Of a DNA stretch of 64,000 nucleotides, positions 24,996 to 37,996 are shown piece by piece. The notes below the pieces were generated by a model that ran no database searches, was not told where the DNA came from, and saw only the letters and a program-made list of their open reading frames with translations. The first letter of the stretch is position 1; every line of letters starts with the position of its first letter. The translations under genes were made by a program, and so were the position numbers. Source of the DNA: the human T2T-CHM13v2.0 reference genome, Homo sapiens; NCBI RefSeq assembly GCF_009914755.1, contig NC_060927.1; one strand, written 5' to 3'.

Positions 24996-26329
24996 TGATT
25001 ATAAAAGAAATATCAGTATATTTCCTGTGAAAGAAAAGCCTATGACGTATTTCTGGTAATGATGCTAGTAGGCCAACAGGTAAATTCTGTTTAATGGGAA
25101 CTAATGACTCTCATGTTTTCTATGTCTAAACATCAAAGAAACACAACACAACAATTTTTACACTTCATAAATTACAAACAAAAATGGAGGAGACAGAAAA
25201 GTTATTTAAGAGACTACACTCTTGATGCATAGTAAGATTTTAGAGGGTATGGCTTCTGACCTCTTCATTATGTCTGGGAAATAAGATACAGTAATAATTA
25301 TTACATGTGGAACATCTCTCAATCTTCAGAGTTGAAAAAAATTAGAGTAGAAGAGGAATAGCATTAATGAAATACATTTATTTTCACTGGGGCCCAAGCA
25401 ATGTATTCTATGATTTAGAAAGATCACAATGGGCTTTATGGTAAAAAAATACCTCTAAAATAATAAGCCTTGCAGAGCAATTGGCACTCATTAAAATACA
25501 GTGTTGGAAGCAGCAGGTGGCAGGCAGTTTCATGGAACAATTTTGCAGTGTCCTTCCAGGGTTGAAGCAAAACAATTCATGTCATAAGATACCAGGTCTT
25601 ACCCAGTCCCCATTTTAAGTTGCCGTAAGTAACAGTTCCTCTATTTTTATATGAATAGATTCAAGGAACTTAAATTGAATGTATTACAATAGCTTTCTAA
25701 AATATACATTTTCCTACCATGTGGTAGAAGGTGAATATATGCATTTCACTTACTATTTTCCCTTTGAAAAGGAATACGTTTCACGGCAAAATGTTGTTAC
25801 TTGTTTTTCCAGAGGGAAGTGAAATTTGAATATCTGTAAAATTACACATATGTGGTATAAGTGAAAAAAATTGTTTTGGGGGCAAAAGACTAAGGAAATT
25901 GTTATCACCCTCCCTTCAATGCACTTTTTCCTGAGGGAAAGTAAACGTTGATATGTGCAGTGGATTTCTCTTCATGACACTCTAATCCCTACCACTCCCT
26001 CACCAAAAAGGAAAAGAAAAGGCAAGAGAAAAAAAAATGATTTCCATTTCCTGGGACCATTTAATATTTTCTATTCTTTACCAAAGCACCGTGGAGGTTT
26101 GAGACAAATAATTAAATTCAGACCATTTTCATGAAAACAAGCAGTTCTTTGAAGAATGTCGGACTTAACTATCTAATTAATTGTTAAATCTTGGCAGTTA
26201 TAGCCTAAAACGTTACATATTTAAGAGAAACTTTTTACTATACCTTCAACACTAGAAATAACCATAAAATTATAGCACTTATTTTCGCCTTCTATTTGAT
26301 ATACCAATGGACATAGCAGGGGACTCTTG

Positions 26330-26530
26330 ACAAGAGGTTTAGAATACAAATGCTGGGGTTAGGTGGACTTGGATTCACATCCCCGTTTATCTTTTTACCG
26401 TTGTGTGATCTTGGCAAAAACCTCAATTGCTAGTCAAAGGTGATAGGAATATCTGCCTCATAGGGTTGTTACCAGGACTAAGTGAGATTTTGGATTTGGT
26501 GTCTAGCTCACAGGAAGCACTCAGAAGATT
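26330..26530 (+). mobile_element. MIR SINE relic
   Basis: tgtgtgatcttggcaa..., atctgcctcatagggttgtt..aggactaagtgaga. Confidence 0.65.
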
Positions 26531-27066
26531 ATAGAAGATTATTCATATTTTGGTAATATTAGAAGTGTCTGTGGTGAATAGAAGAAAAGTATGTTATAGA
26601 AAATATTTTTTTAAACAATGGTTATTTAGAAAAGTTGTACATACCAATGGGCATAACAAACAAACCAAAGCAATAAATAACACCGAGACAATATTACTCA
26701 TGTTGGTATATGACAGATCTTTAAAATAATTGTGCATGTTCAATAAATTATTATGTGTTAATCTTTGCTTTTAATTTATTTGGAGAAAAAACTGTCATTA
26801 CAGGTTTCTTCACAACAAGGCAATTATTTAAGAGCAATAGTCAATAATATTTTCCTGTAGGAGGCAGAAGTAGATCAGGGTTTTGTGGAGCCTGAAGTTT
26901 ATAGCATTTTGAATGCCCACTTCAAGAGTTGGCAGTGAAGAGCAACCCAAGTATTTCACTGGAAAGTATCAGGAAAAGTACAGACATTGGATTTTTCCCC
27001 CTCTTTGGTAAGGAGAGAAGAGGAAATAGCAGCTATAGGAAGAGGCTCCCCTTGGGGCCTTGAGGG

Positions 27067-27068
<2 letters not shown>

Positions 27069-27099
<31 letters not shown>
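27069..27099 (+). repeat. A31 homopolymer
   Basis: Read directly. Confidence 0.95.
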
Positions 27100-27103
<4 letters not shown>

Positions 27104-27794
27104 GTGCTTCCTGGTTCACTGAAGTGGATTTTACTGGCAAAGAAACTTTGCCACAGCATTCCTTCAGAGAAATTCTACTTGTGAGCTTCTGCCTAATGTC
27201 GGCGTCCGCCAAGTGATGCAATTCCACTGGAATGTGTGCAACTGAACTGTTGGGATCAATGCCTTTGCAAACCTCAGAAGGAAAACATATATTCAGTACA
27301 AATGTTAGCTGCTACACTAAATACAAATGGGACAAGCTACCCTATAAAAAGACAACGCCAATTTTTTTTCAGTCAAGCTGAATGATGTTTATAAGAAAGG
27401 CATCTAAAACAGTGAGAAAAAGTGTTAATATTCTAGTATATACAGGAAAACAAAAACCAGAAAGAAAGGAGAAATGCTGAAAATAATTCATGTCAAGGAG
27501 ATGTAAACATATTTAAAAGGATTCTTAAGATGTTATATAATCATAAAAACAAAATCCACTAGAGATATTTATATATGTAGTGTGTATATGTGTGTGTGTG
27601 TTTGTGTGTGTGTGTGTAGCCTTTATCGATGAAACAGTTTAGCAGCAGAATATATAGTACAAAGCTTCTTGAAAGATAATTGCTCCATTTGAAAAATATT
27701 TCTGGGAAATATTTAAGATACCGCTCACAGAACTTGACATGTCAAGTAGACAAAATGTGAGAAAGAGTATAGCGATTTGAATAATAAAACAATA

Positions 27795-28020
27795 TTAGTC
27801 TAGATTCTTGAGTCAAGCTGCTTAGGTTTTATTCTTCCCCCACTGTCACCCAGTTGGATGTTCTTGGGCAATTTAGTTAAACTTTTTATGTTCCAATTTT
27901 CTTGTTGGTTAGATTTTGCAAATAATATCAAACCCATCAGGTTGTTATAAGGATTGAATAAATTGCTAATGCCAATGTAATGCTGAAGACACTACCTGAC
28001 ACATAATTTGAGTTATAGAA
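27795..28020 (+). mobile_element. MIR SINE relic
   Basis: gagtcaagctgcttagg..cttgggcaatttagttaaact..ggttgttataaggattgaataa..cctgacacata. Confidence 0.6.
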
Positions 28021-28881
28021 GTTGCCTATCAATATGTTCATCATCGTCTTCATCATTGTCCAGAAAAAATATAAATGAATAAAACTAACTCAGATCTATA
28101 AGAAACTAAAATGTCTAAACATAAATTGAGATTAGAGAGGTGATTGTTTCACTAAAATCAATAATAATAATAATGTACACAACAATATTTTGGTAGAATG
28201 ATAGACTTATTGATTTTATTTTTTCAAAGCCTTTAAGAGAATCTACAGTCTGTCATCATTTAATTCATTAAAAATCAACTTTATTGAGGTATACTTTACA
28301 TGAAATGACATATACCCATTTGTCTAGGTTGATAAGATTTGTCCAATACATATACCCTTGTAATCACTGCCACAATCAAAAACAGAATGTTTTTATTACC
28401 CGAAACATTCCCTGTTGCCCATTTGCAATTTATCTCTTTCTCCTTATCCCTAAACAAACATTCTGTTTTCTGTCAGTATAGAATTGCTTTTTTTTTTTTG
28501 ATATCTTTCTCTTAGCATAATAGCTGTGGAATTAATCCAAGTTGTGAATATCAGTAATTTCTGGCTTTTTATTGCTAACTTGTATTACAATTATGCATTC
28601 ACCACAATTTGTTTATCCATTAACCTGTTGATGGACATCAGTGTTGTTTCCAACTTTTGGCTGTTATAAAAAAAATTTGCTATAAAATTTCCTTGCAAAA
28701 ATTTCTGTGGACATATGCTTTCATTTCTTTTGGGTGAATACATAAGAGCGGGGTTTCTCAGTAATATTACTTTAAGAGTGCCAGCTTGTTTTACGAAGTA
28801 ATTGTAGCACTTTATATTTCTACCAGCAAGGTATGAGTTCCAATTGTCCCACATACTCAAAATCTTTTGGAATTTTCAATG

Positions 28882-29206
28882 TTTTTATTTTATTTTATTT
28901 TATTATTATTATCATTATTATTTTGAGATGGTGCTCACTCTGTTGTCCAGGCTGGTGCACAGTGGCACAAACACGGCTTACCACAGCCTCCATCTCCCGG
29001 GCTCAGGTGATGCTCCCACCTTAACCTCCTGACTAGCTAGGACTACAGGCACCTGTCACCACGCCTGGCTAATTTTTTGTATTTGTTGTAGAGATGGGGT
29101 TTCACCATGTTGCCCAGGTTGGTCTCAAGCTCCTGGGCTTCAGCTGTCTGCCCACCGTGTCCTCCCAAAATGCTAGCATTACAGCTGTGAGCCACCAGTC
29201 CCAGAC
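28882..29206 (-). mobile_element. AluJ
   Basis: AluJ-type cagcctcc..ctcccgggctcaggtgatgctcccacc and ctcctgggct; TSD gaattttca(a/g)tg at 28870 and 29208. Confidence 0.9.
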
Positions 29207-29568
29207 TGAATTTTCAGTGGTTTTCATTTGAGCCTGTTTGATTAGTGTCTAGTAGCTGTGTCTTGCGGTTTTGATTGGCATTTTTAAAATAATGATGTTG
29301 AGCATCATTTTAATGGGCTTAAATGTCATTTGGATATCTTTGCTAAAAATGTTCATTTTTTTTTCATTTTCTAATGGGTTGCTTATTTTTTTGTTATTGA
29401 GGTGTAAAAATTTCTTAATGATATATTTCAAAAATCAGTCTTTTTAAATTTAATGAAGTCCAATATTTCTATTTATTCTTTATGTTCTGTGTTTTTATGT
29501 GTGTGTATGCACATGAGTTTTAAGAAATCTTTGCTTAATCCTAGGACTCATACATTTTCTTTCAGAAG

Positions 29569-29844
29569 TTTTTTTTTTTTTCAACTTTTATTTTAAGTTC
29601 GGGGTACATGTGCAGGATACGCAGGTTTTACGTAGGTAAACGAGTGCCATGGTGGTTTACTGCACAGATCATCACATCACCTGGGTATTAAGCCCAACAT
29701 TCATTAGCTATTCTTCCTGATACTCTCCCTCCTCCCACCCGCCACGATGGGTACCAAGATGTGTGTTGTTCCCCCTCCATGTGTCCATGTGTTCTCATCA
29801 TGCAGCTCCCACTTATAAGTGAGAATATGTGGTGTTTGGTTTTC
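29569..29844 (-). mobile_element. L1PA (about PA10-13) 3' end insertion
   Basis: ttttattttaagttcggggtacatgtgcagg..., cagctcccacttataagtgagaatatg; flanks tttcagaa / ttccagaa resemble a TSD. Confidence 0.88.
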
Positions 29845-30539
29845 TTCCAGAAAATTTAATGCTGTACCTTTAAGTGTGTGACCTATTTCACGTTAGCTTT
29901 TTGTGTGTGGTACGAGGTAAGGATTAAGGTTAACTTTTTTACAAATGAATATTCATTTGTTCAAGCACCATTTCTTGAATTATGATGCCTTTATCATTGA
30001 ATTACCTGATAACTCTGTCTAAAATCCATTCACCTAAAATCGGCACATATCCATTAGCACAATATCCATTGAATTACCTGATACCTTTGTCTAAAATCCA
30101 CTGTATATGTGCTGATCTGTTTTTGAACACTTAATTATGTTTTGTTGACCTATCCTGCCAACATCACACCGTCTTTATCGCTCTATTACTAGTAGTAAAT
30201 TGTAAAAATCACAGGATATGTCTGCCAACTTTGTTTATCATTCGATTTTACTTTCTTGGTTAATTTTATTGCTACATAAATTTTAGCCTCATTTGATGAT
30301 TGCTACAAGAAAATCTCCTGATATTTTCACTGAGATTATTTTAAAGCTAAAAACCTATTGGGAGATAATTGACTTCTTAAAAATATTGAGTGTTTTTGAC
30401 CCATGAATGTGGCATATTTCTTTACTTATTTAGGTCTTAATTAATTTTCCTTAGTAATTCTGTGTAGCCTGTAGTGTACAGACCTTGTTTTAGATCCTTG
30501 ATACCCACACCTCCTCCCCCAGTGTTTAAAAATTAATAA

Positions 30540-31260
30540 AATGAGAAGATATCAGCAAAGGGATCTGAGAAGGAGCAGGTAGTAAACGAGAAGAAAATTT
30601 AAGAAATTAAGCAAAAGCAATGCTTAAAGGAGGAGTACTTGGTAAACTGTATTACTTGTGAGTGATACATCAAGTAAAATTAGGACTAAGTTGACCATTG
30701 CATTATTCTATGCGTAATTTAATATTGACTATGACCAGAAACACTTATGTGGAACAGTGGGGACAAAAGACTAATCAAAGCAGATTCAAGATAAAATGAG
30801 AAAAGATGAATGGAGACAGTAAGTACAGAGAATTCCTTCAAGGTGTTTTACTATAAACAGAAGCAAGGAAATGCAGTAGTAGACAGAGGAAGACGGTATG
30901 TTAAAGGGGTGCTGATTTTTAAAATGGGCCAACTAGCAGCAAATCTCTTTGTTGTGATGCTACAGAAGGTAGGGAGAGTTGATGATTCCACAGAGAGAGA
31001 CAAGTGGGTAGAATGGTCCCTTGAGTAGAAGACTATCTAAAGCACAGGTGGATGGCTTGGTCTAAGGAGGGAGCACGGTTCACCTCAAGTAACAAGATGA
31101 AGGGAGAGTCTGTGGTCACAGGGGCCAAGTATGTGACTAGATGTAGTGACAGGAGCTTATTGAAGTTTTCTTCTGGTTCTTATTCCTTTTTGGGTAAAAT
31201 AGAAAGCAAAGCAATCAGCTGTCCTTGAATATGAGTCAGACTGTTGGAGATTTGAGTAAA
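30540..31260 (-). mobile_element. L2 relic
   Basis: cagcaaagggatctgagaaggagc; aagtaaaattaggactaagttgaccattg; ggagacagtaagtacagagaattccttcaag. Confidence 0.7.
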
Positions 31261-32299
31261 GGGATATTCTTTAAGCTTGAATGAATTTCTTTCCACAAAA
31301 AAAAAATAAAGCCTACTACATAATGATTATTTTTCTTAAAACTCTGCAGAAAAAGTCATCTTGGCATTTTTACAAATAAAATATATTTTTATTCCTACAG
31401 AGCAAGAAATACTTCTATTTTTTTTAAAAAAAAAAAAAAGAGGCAATAAAAACAGATATTCTTTCTATAAAATTATTAGTCTAGTTTGCCTTCTTATGAA
31501 TTGGGAGAAACAATAGGGTAGCCCATTTTGAGTTTACCTTGTGTTAGGAAGCATCATCTCCTTTCTAAAGCCTCTTATAATGTTGGTTAGACCCTGTGAA
31601 GAAATCCATAGGACATAGTCATAAAATGTAGTCATAGAAACCTTCTTGCTCATCAGATGAAAGTAAACTGAGGCCAAGAAATATCTTTTGACTTATTTCC
31701 ATTTGATTTGGGGATTTCATTTTCTCAGTATCCACTTACTTTAAGATGCTAAGAGTATAATTTCTTTGTATGCCAACATGAAAATAAGTCCAAACTATCA
31801 TTCTTTTCTCATGTTATAGTTATGTTTGTATGCACTAGAGTCTCAGTGTGCATGTATGTGTAATTCCTATTCCTTAGTTTTCATCCTTCAAGCAGTTAGT
31901 CCCTTCAAAACCCGATGACAAGACCCAAACATATTAAAAAGTTTAGTTGGAGGGCCCAGGGTGAAACACAAAAACAATTCTTCTTCTTACAGAGCTCTTA
32001 GGCAAACACATAGACACTTGTTCTCTGCCTCTGGAATTACAAATATGTTACTCGGAAAGCAGCAATACTCTTTTGGACTTGTTTGACTTCACTTTCTTTA
32101 CCTGTCTTTAAGAAGCCTCATACACACATTTAAAAAATACAACTTATAAAGGTTTTAGTGATAGTGCATACAATCATTTGATTTTATTTCCCTTTTCTCT
32201 TCACCTTCACTAATAGGAGTTACTGGCATGCTTCAAAAAGCTTACATTTGAATACTGTCTAAATCAGTGCAGACCCTTGACCAGCTTAATCTTTGCTTG

Positions 32300-32720
32300 C
32301 AAATGACAATGCAGTGAAACCAGAGGAAGAAAAAAATTACTTCCTTTCCTGTTGGAAACCTAATAAGTAGTTAGTCTGACCCAGTTTTCAATAAGAGAGA
32401 TTTTCTGATGACCCGACAGGAGTGACTATCTCCAGTCAAAGAAAGAGGAGGGTGAATTTAATCTTTCATGGCCCTGGAATGGCAGCTGCTCTCAGCTCTC
32501 TCTGATTCTGTGAAGGTTGATGAAGATAGAGCTGGCTTTCAATGTAGAAAGAATTTTCCTTTTGAATATTCCAAACGAGAGCTTTGCACATGTGCCTCAA
32601 GAACTGATTGTCTGGCTCCGACAGGAATGCAGCAGGAGAGGAGCGTATTTCATGCTTAAGACCAGAGAAGAGCCACGCAATACTCAGTGGATAAAAGGCT
32701 TGCAGTCCCAGCTGGGAAAA
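32300..32720 (+). promoter_or_regulatory. Candidate non-CpG-island promoter
   Basis: Repeat-free, more GC-rich than flanks; GATAAAAG 32690-32697; GGAATG (TEAD) 32476 and 32624; CAGCTG 32483 and 32709; downstream splice donors. Confidence 0.45.
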
Positions 32721-32861
32721 AGAGTCCCATTATCTCCCAGCTGCATAGACATTCCATACGGCTTGGTTCTGCCTGGACGCACAGCATGCCTGGCTGAGAG
32801 CTTGAAACAGAGTTCTGCAGAAAAACTGTAAAGATCCCGAGACATTTCCCTGGTAAGATCT
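32720..32861 (+). other. Candidate non-coding first exon (5'UTR or lncRNA) of an unidentified gene
   Basis: Start inferred ~25-30 nt after GATAAAA; ends at donor CTG|GTAAGA (32852/3) or TCT|GTAAGT (32861/2). Confidence 0.45.
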
Positions 32862-34922
32862 GTAAGTACAAAATTGTGCTGTGTCTGCTGCAATGAGAAT
32901 ATTGCTGGGCAAGCTGCAGCTTTTCTTCCTTTCAATGTCTTTGTATTAGCATAACAGGTAAAAGCTGGGGTTGGGGGAGAAGTCACTGCTTTATTGATGC
33001 TGTGTTTCTATGATGCTGATGTTTAAAATGCATTTATTCCTTGTGTGGGAGAAATGTATTGAATCTGTATTCCGGGAGGTTAGGATCAAACCAGGGAAAG
33101 AAAGACTACAGGTATATTTCTCAGTGTTTCACTAGTCTTTGCTGCAGTAAAACTAATGGGCAAGACGGGATGACAGTGCTAATTCTGGGACTTTCAGATG
33201 GCTACACGCCCTTTCTGTAACGGCAGATGGGAAAATGTGATCGCTAAATGTTTTTTGTCTTTTTTTTTTTTTTAATCAAAGGGATGAGGGGTGGGGTTTG
33301 CAGTTCTCACCGGATGATTTAAAAGAATGGTTATAAAGTTTCCTAGGGGAGAATTTGGTAAGGGGAGCAAAGCAAGACTGGAGGTCATATGGGCTCACCA
33401 AATTTTGTCTGGCATTTTGCTTTATACCCAGCTTCTAGATAACAGCCTCTGGAGTTTCCTTTACCATTTACACCAGTTAAGTTGTCAGTATTAAGGTTCT
33501 TATAATACTTTATGAAAACTTTCAGAAGTTGATGACTTGGGAACAAAACTTTTAAGAGCTCTGAGATTAGCCACGTATAACCCATTATGTTAATGGGATA
33601 CTGTAACATTGGGGTTTGGGGGGAAAATTGGAATTCATAGTTTTTGCTTCTCCAAATGAAAACTACTTATGTTTAAATAATCAGCATCCTGACTATGTCC
33701 TCTGAGAAACATTCACAGAATGACTAAATAGAAGTTATACTGAGAAAAAATAGAGTGAACAGTAGAATCACACAGAATCAATTTGGAAAATGAGGTATTC
33801 ATAATTTTATCTACAGTGGCAATGTTTTCTGAAGATGTCTGTAAAAGAAGAAGCATATGCTGAATATTGAATTGCTTGTTTTGAGCAATTTTCATTTATC
33901 TGATGGGTTTATCATCTTTTTATTTTTGTTGTTGAAGGTTTCACCAATTTATGTGCATTGTATTTTATAAGGAAAGAAATGTTTAAGCAGACTCTTTTTC
34001 CCTCCTCCTTCACACACATGTGTAAACATACGCATGTTCACAAAACAAACATAAACATACAAAAATACTTACACAATTTGTGTAAAAAAAAAGAAATACA
34101 GAAGCATTTCATCTTTGATGTTTCAGTGGGGTTTCTTTTTCTTTTTTTAAGCAATAATCATGGCTGTGCAGTCCAAAGATTTCAAATATATAAATGTGGA
34201 AACTTTTATATAAAGCTTTATGTGAGGTTATATAAATGCATAACTTATCACATCTTAGCAAAAAAGTCAATCATTTATAAATGACTTCATTGCATTACTT
34301 CCTTTGAATATTTGTAGTGAAGGACCAGAATTTTTTTTTAGAATTTTTATGTAGCTTTCCTTAATGAAAACAAATTCACTTGTTTACTTAGAAAAGGATC
34401 ACATATTTTCTCTGAGTTTAGAACCCCCTCTAAAAAAAATCAATTATGTTGTGAAAAGGATGTGTGGTATATTAAATTGATTGCATACTTCTGGGTTTTT
34501 TTTTTAGTAAGTAAAAATGCTCAGTAGTATAATAGTAAATTTGTACCTTTTAAATTCTTTTATGTGAGGAGAAGGAATACAAAATATTTGCTTATTTATT
34601 CACTGTTTATTTTAATAACATATTAATTGGAATGCAGAAGTATAAGTTCTACCTATTAAAAATGACTCAAACTATACATAAAAGTTCAAAAGGGAAAACC
34701 CATCACCTGTAAATAACAATCATGAAATTTGGCGACTATCATTGGAGACATACTGGTGCCTAAATTCAGATAAGATGAGAGATAAATACTTTTGTAAGAA
34801 TGGTTTCTTACTATACACCTTTTAAAAAATAAATAATAAATATTTAGATAATATAGTCAATAATAGATACTCTTCTGTAAGAATGAGATCTTATCCTACA
34901 CTTAAAAAAAAACAGAAATATT

Positions 34923-35249
<327 letters not shown>

Positions 35250-37269
35250 TTAATTTTTGATTTTAGATTTTAATTAAACTGAAAAAAGAGAAGTTGAAAC
35301 AACATTGAAGAAATTGTTAAATTTCATGTATAGATTTCTCTCCAATGGAGATATTATGTCCAGAATAATACCCTTACAGTTAAGACCAAAAATTTTGAAA
35401 ATAGAAATAGTTTGAAGATTTTTTTGGATGCACGTTTAAATAGTAAACAAACTTTTATAACCCTTGTTATGATAGTTAAATGCATTTGCAATGTGACTTG
35501 TCATCAACTCCACCCATACCACCTCAATTTAAACTACATCAGTTTTACATTACTGAGTACATACATTCTGGCTGAATTCCCATGGTCTCAGTTTAAACTT
35601 ATTTCAAATTTGTAAGGAATTATCCTTTATCAACAGGCTTTTACTACCCAATTCACCATTTCTGTGTTCTTTATTTTCAATTATTTTTTGGGTTGTTAGA
35701 TTTCAGTAAGTAGTACCTCTCCACCAAAGAAATAGTCATAGGTGCTATATTTTCTATGAGTTTGCATCTTGAACATGTATTTCTTTTGCCTTAGACATGC
35801 AAGATACGTTATCTTTCTTGGATCAAGCTTAATTTTTTCTTTTGGAAATGTGTAAATGTTTAAACATTTTTGGAGACCCTTCCTGTACTGAAAGTTGTTT
35901 TGCAACATTTTTAGGTCTGTCTGCAATTTCCGTCATTGAATGTGACTTGCTTTTTTTCTGATAAATGCCTACATGATTCTTTTGTTGTGTGTGTGTGTGT
36001 GAGTGTGTGTATGGGTGTTTGCTTTTACAGAATATTCCTGGATTTGTTCCATTTTCATTAACTTTTTTTGAGGTTTGCCCCATTAATTTAAGATTCTTTT
36101 ATTTTAGGATTTGTTGTACTATTTCTTTTTTGTCCCTTAACTGGGCGTGGCCAAATTGTGGTTATCTTGCTTCTTTCTTTTCTTCAGGATCACCAATTTT
36201 GTACATGTTGTATCTCATTTGTCTACTTTCCACATCTTTCATATCCAAATTTCTTTTCAATTTTAATTGACAAATTGGTTATCTTCTTTATTTGAGAACC
36301 ACTTGTTCTCTTGTTTGCCACTTGAATGAATAGTATAGCTTGCAATAAACCTATTAAGGCACAACCTTCTGTATTGTGATCTTGTAAATACATGTTTCCT
36401 TCTCTTAACACTCTAGCAATTTCCTCAGCTGGCAGGTTTTTGGGCAATCTGTATCCTCCTGAAAGTAAGAGAAAAAGAAAGTACTGATCGGTTTTCTCTG
36501 ATGTCCCCCAAAGGTCCATGATTTTTAGTATTTGGCTACAGTGGAAATGGGCTTCAAGTCGTGTTTTGGGGTTTTGTCCACTAACATTTTCACTGAAGAC
36601 GGAGGGTTTTTGCTTCGTTTTTTATCTGCACCACGACCACTGCCACCTTTTATATTTCTCTTTATTGTTTCTGTGGGACAATAGAGGACATTTAAAAATC
36701 TCTTTATTTAAGGAGTTTTAAATAGCAATCTTTCAGTTTGGAGGAATTCTTTGAATGAAAATTTTATTAGAATGTTGTTATTCTCAGTATTCATATTGAA
36801 AAGAGCTGTTCTAGTTAAGACTGAGTTCATCTGCATGATGTGTTGTAGTATTAAACATTTATTACGGTAAAGGCGTAACACAGGACATAGTAGAGGAAAA
36901 ACAGAGCCATTGGGCATGCCTTCTGATAATGTCCCCTATTAGTTTATATTGATGAAGTCTGTGGCCTACTTAACTATTTTGCAATGAGTCCTAAGGTAAT
37001 TTACAGAAACGTTACATCATAGTAACATGAATCAAAATCTGTAGACTCAAATCCTTTTTGAAAGTATACTGAGTAGAAAACTTATATGTATTAGGTTTAC
37101 AATTAAATGAATAAATGAATGAATAAATAACTGAATTTCCCTATATTTCAAATCCTTAAAAGAGGCAATAAAAGAACATGATGTGTCGTATGAAGTATTA
37201 TAAAAAACGAATGATCTTACTAAAAAGCAAATAGCAATTTCTCAGTGTCAATAAAATGATAGTGAGAGC

Positions 37270-37520
37270 AAGATTCAGGAGGCAAGCTCTTGAGCTGAAG
37301 TGCCGCCCATTGTAGATTTCCTTCCCTATATCTAGCACAGAATAGCTCTGTGGTCTTAGGCAAGTTTCTTAGCCTCTTTGTACTTCAGTTTCCCCATTCA
37401 TAGTGGAGATAATATTAGTATTGACTTTACAGTATTTTCAAGAGAATTCAGCAGGTAAATATGTAAAAAATCTTGGAAGAAAGCCTGGCAATTAAGAAGC
37501 ACTCTATGTGTTAGTTGTTT
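37270..37520 (+). mobile_element. MIR SINE
   Basis: tagctctgtggtcttaggcaagtttcttagcctctttgtacttcagtttcccca. Confidence 0.75.
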
Positions 37521-37825
37521 AGTTATTGTTATATTATTATTGCTATTATAACATTTATATATGAGCCTTAGGATCAATTGGGTAAAAATAATATAAAACA
37601 ATGAAAAGACTAAAATTATAATTATCATCTAATCAATTGTATTGGGTATTTAATAGAGAATTAAATTTGGAGTGTAAATCATAAGTGGATATTAAAATAG
37701 AGCTCAGGAAAAATGGTGAGAAGATATAGAGATGCTGGTCTCTGGATCCAACTAGATTAAAAATAGAAATGGTATTTCTGTATACACCAAGCAATTGGAC
37801 ATGATCAAGAAAAAGGGTATATTTG

Positions 37826-37996
37826 CGGGGGGGGGAGGGATAGCATTGGGAGATATACCTAATGCTAGATGACGAGTTAGTGGGTGCAGTGCACCAGCAT
37901 GTCACATGTATACATATGTAACTAACCTGCACATTGTGCACATGTACCCTAAAACTTAAAGTATAATAATACTAATAATAAAATAAAAATAAAAAA
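37826..37996 (+). mobile_element. Severely 5'-truncated L1PA2-like insertion
   Basis: gggagatatacctaatgctagatgacGAGttagtgggtgcag...cttAAAgtataa (not L1HS ACA/G alleles); 19-bp TSD aaga(a/g)aaagggtatatttg at 37807-37825 and 37997-38015. Confidence 0.93.

Larger units (their letters stand above)
28272..30490 (-). mobile_element. Old L1M (L1MB/ME-like) 3' region hosting an AluJ and an L1PA fragment
   Basis: aactttattgaggtata...; ccacaatttgtttatccatt..gttgatggacat; ttttgattggcattt..aataatgatgttgagcatc. Confidence 0.8.

Noticed and set aside
26860-26930. Possible short hAT MITE fragment (ggttttgtggagcctgaagtttata)
   Set aside because: Too short and degenerate to assign
29995-30100. Repeat-spacer-repeat (34/38/34 bp) resembling a mini CRISPR array
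   Set aside because: Primate DNA, only two units, inside an L1, no cas genes; spacer is made of local copies
32468-32986. Cluster of 60-104 aa ORFs on both strands
   Set aside because: No recognisable domain; explained by locally higher GC; region fits a promoter/5'UTR better
35600-36700. Possible ancient L1/HAL1 relic on minus strand
   Set aside because: T-rich character is suggestive but I could not fix family or boundaries
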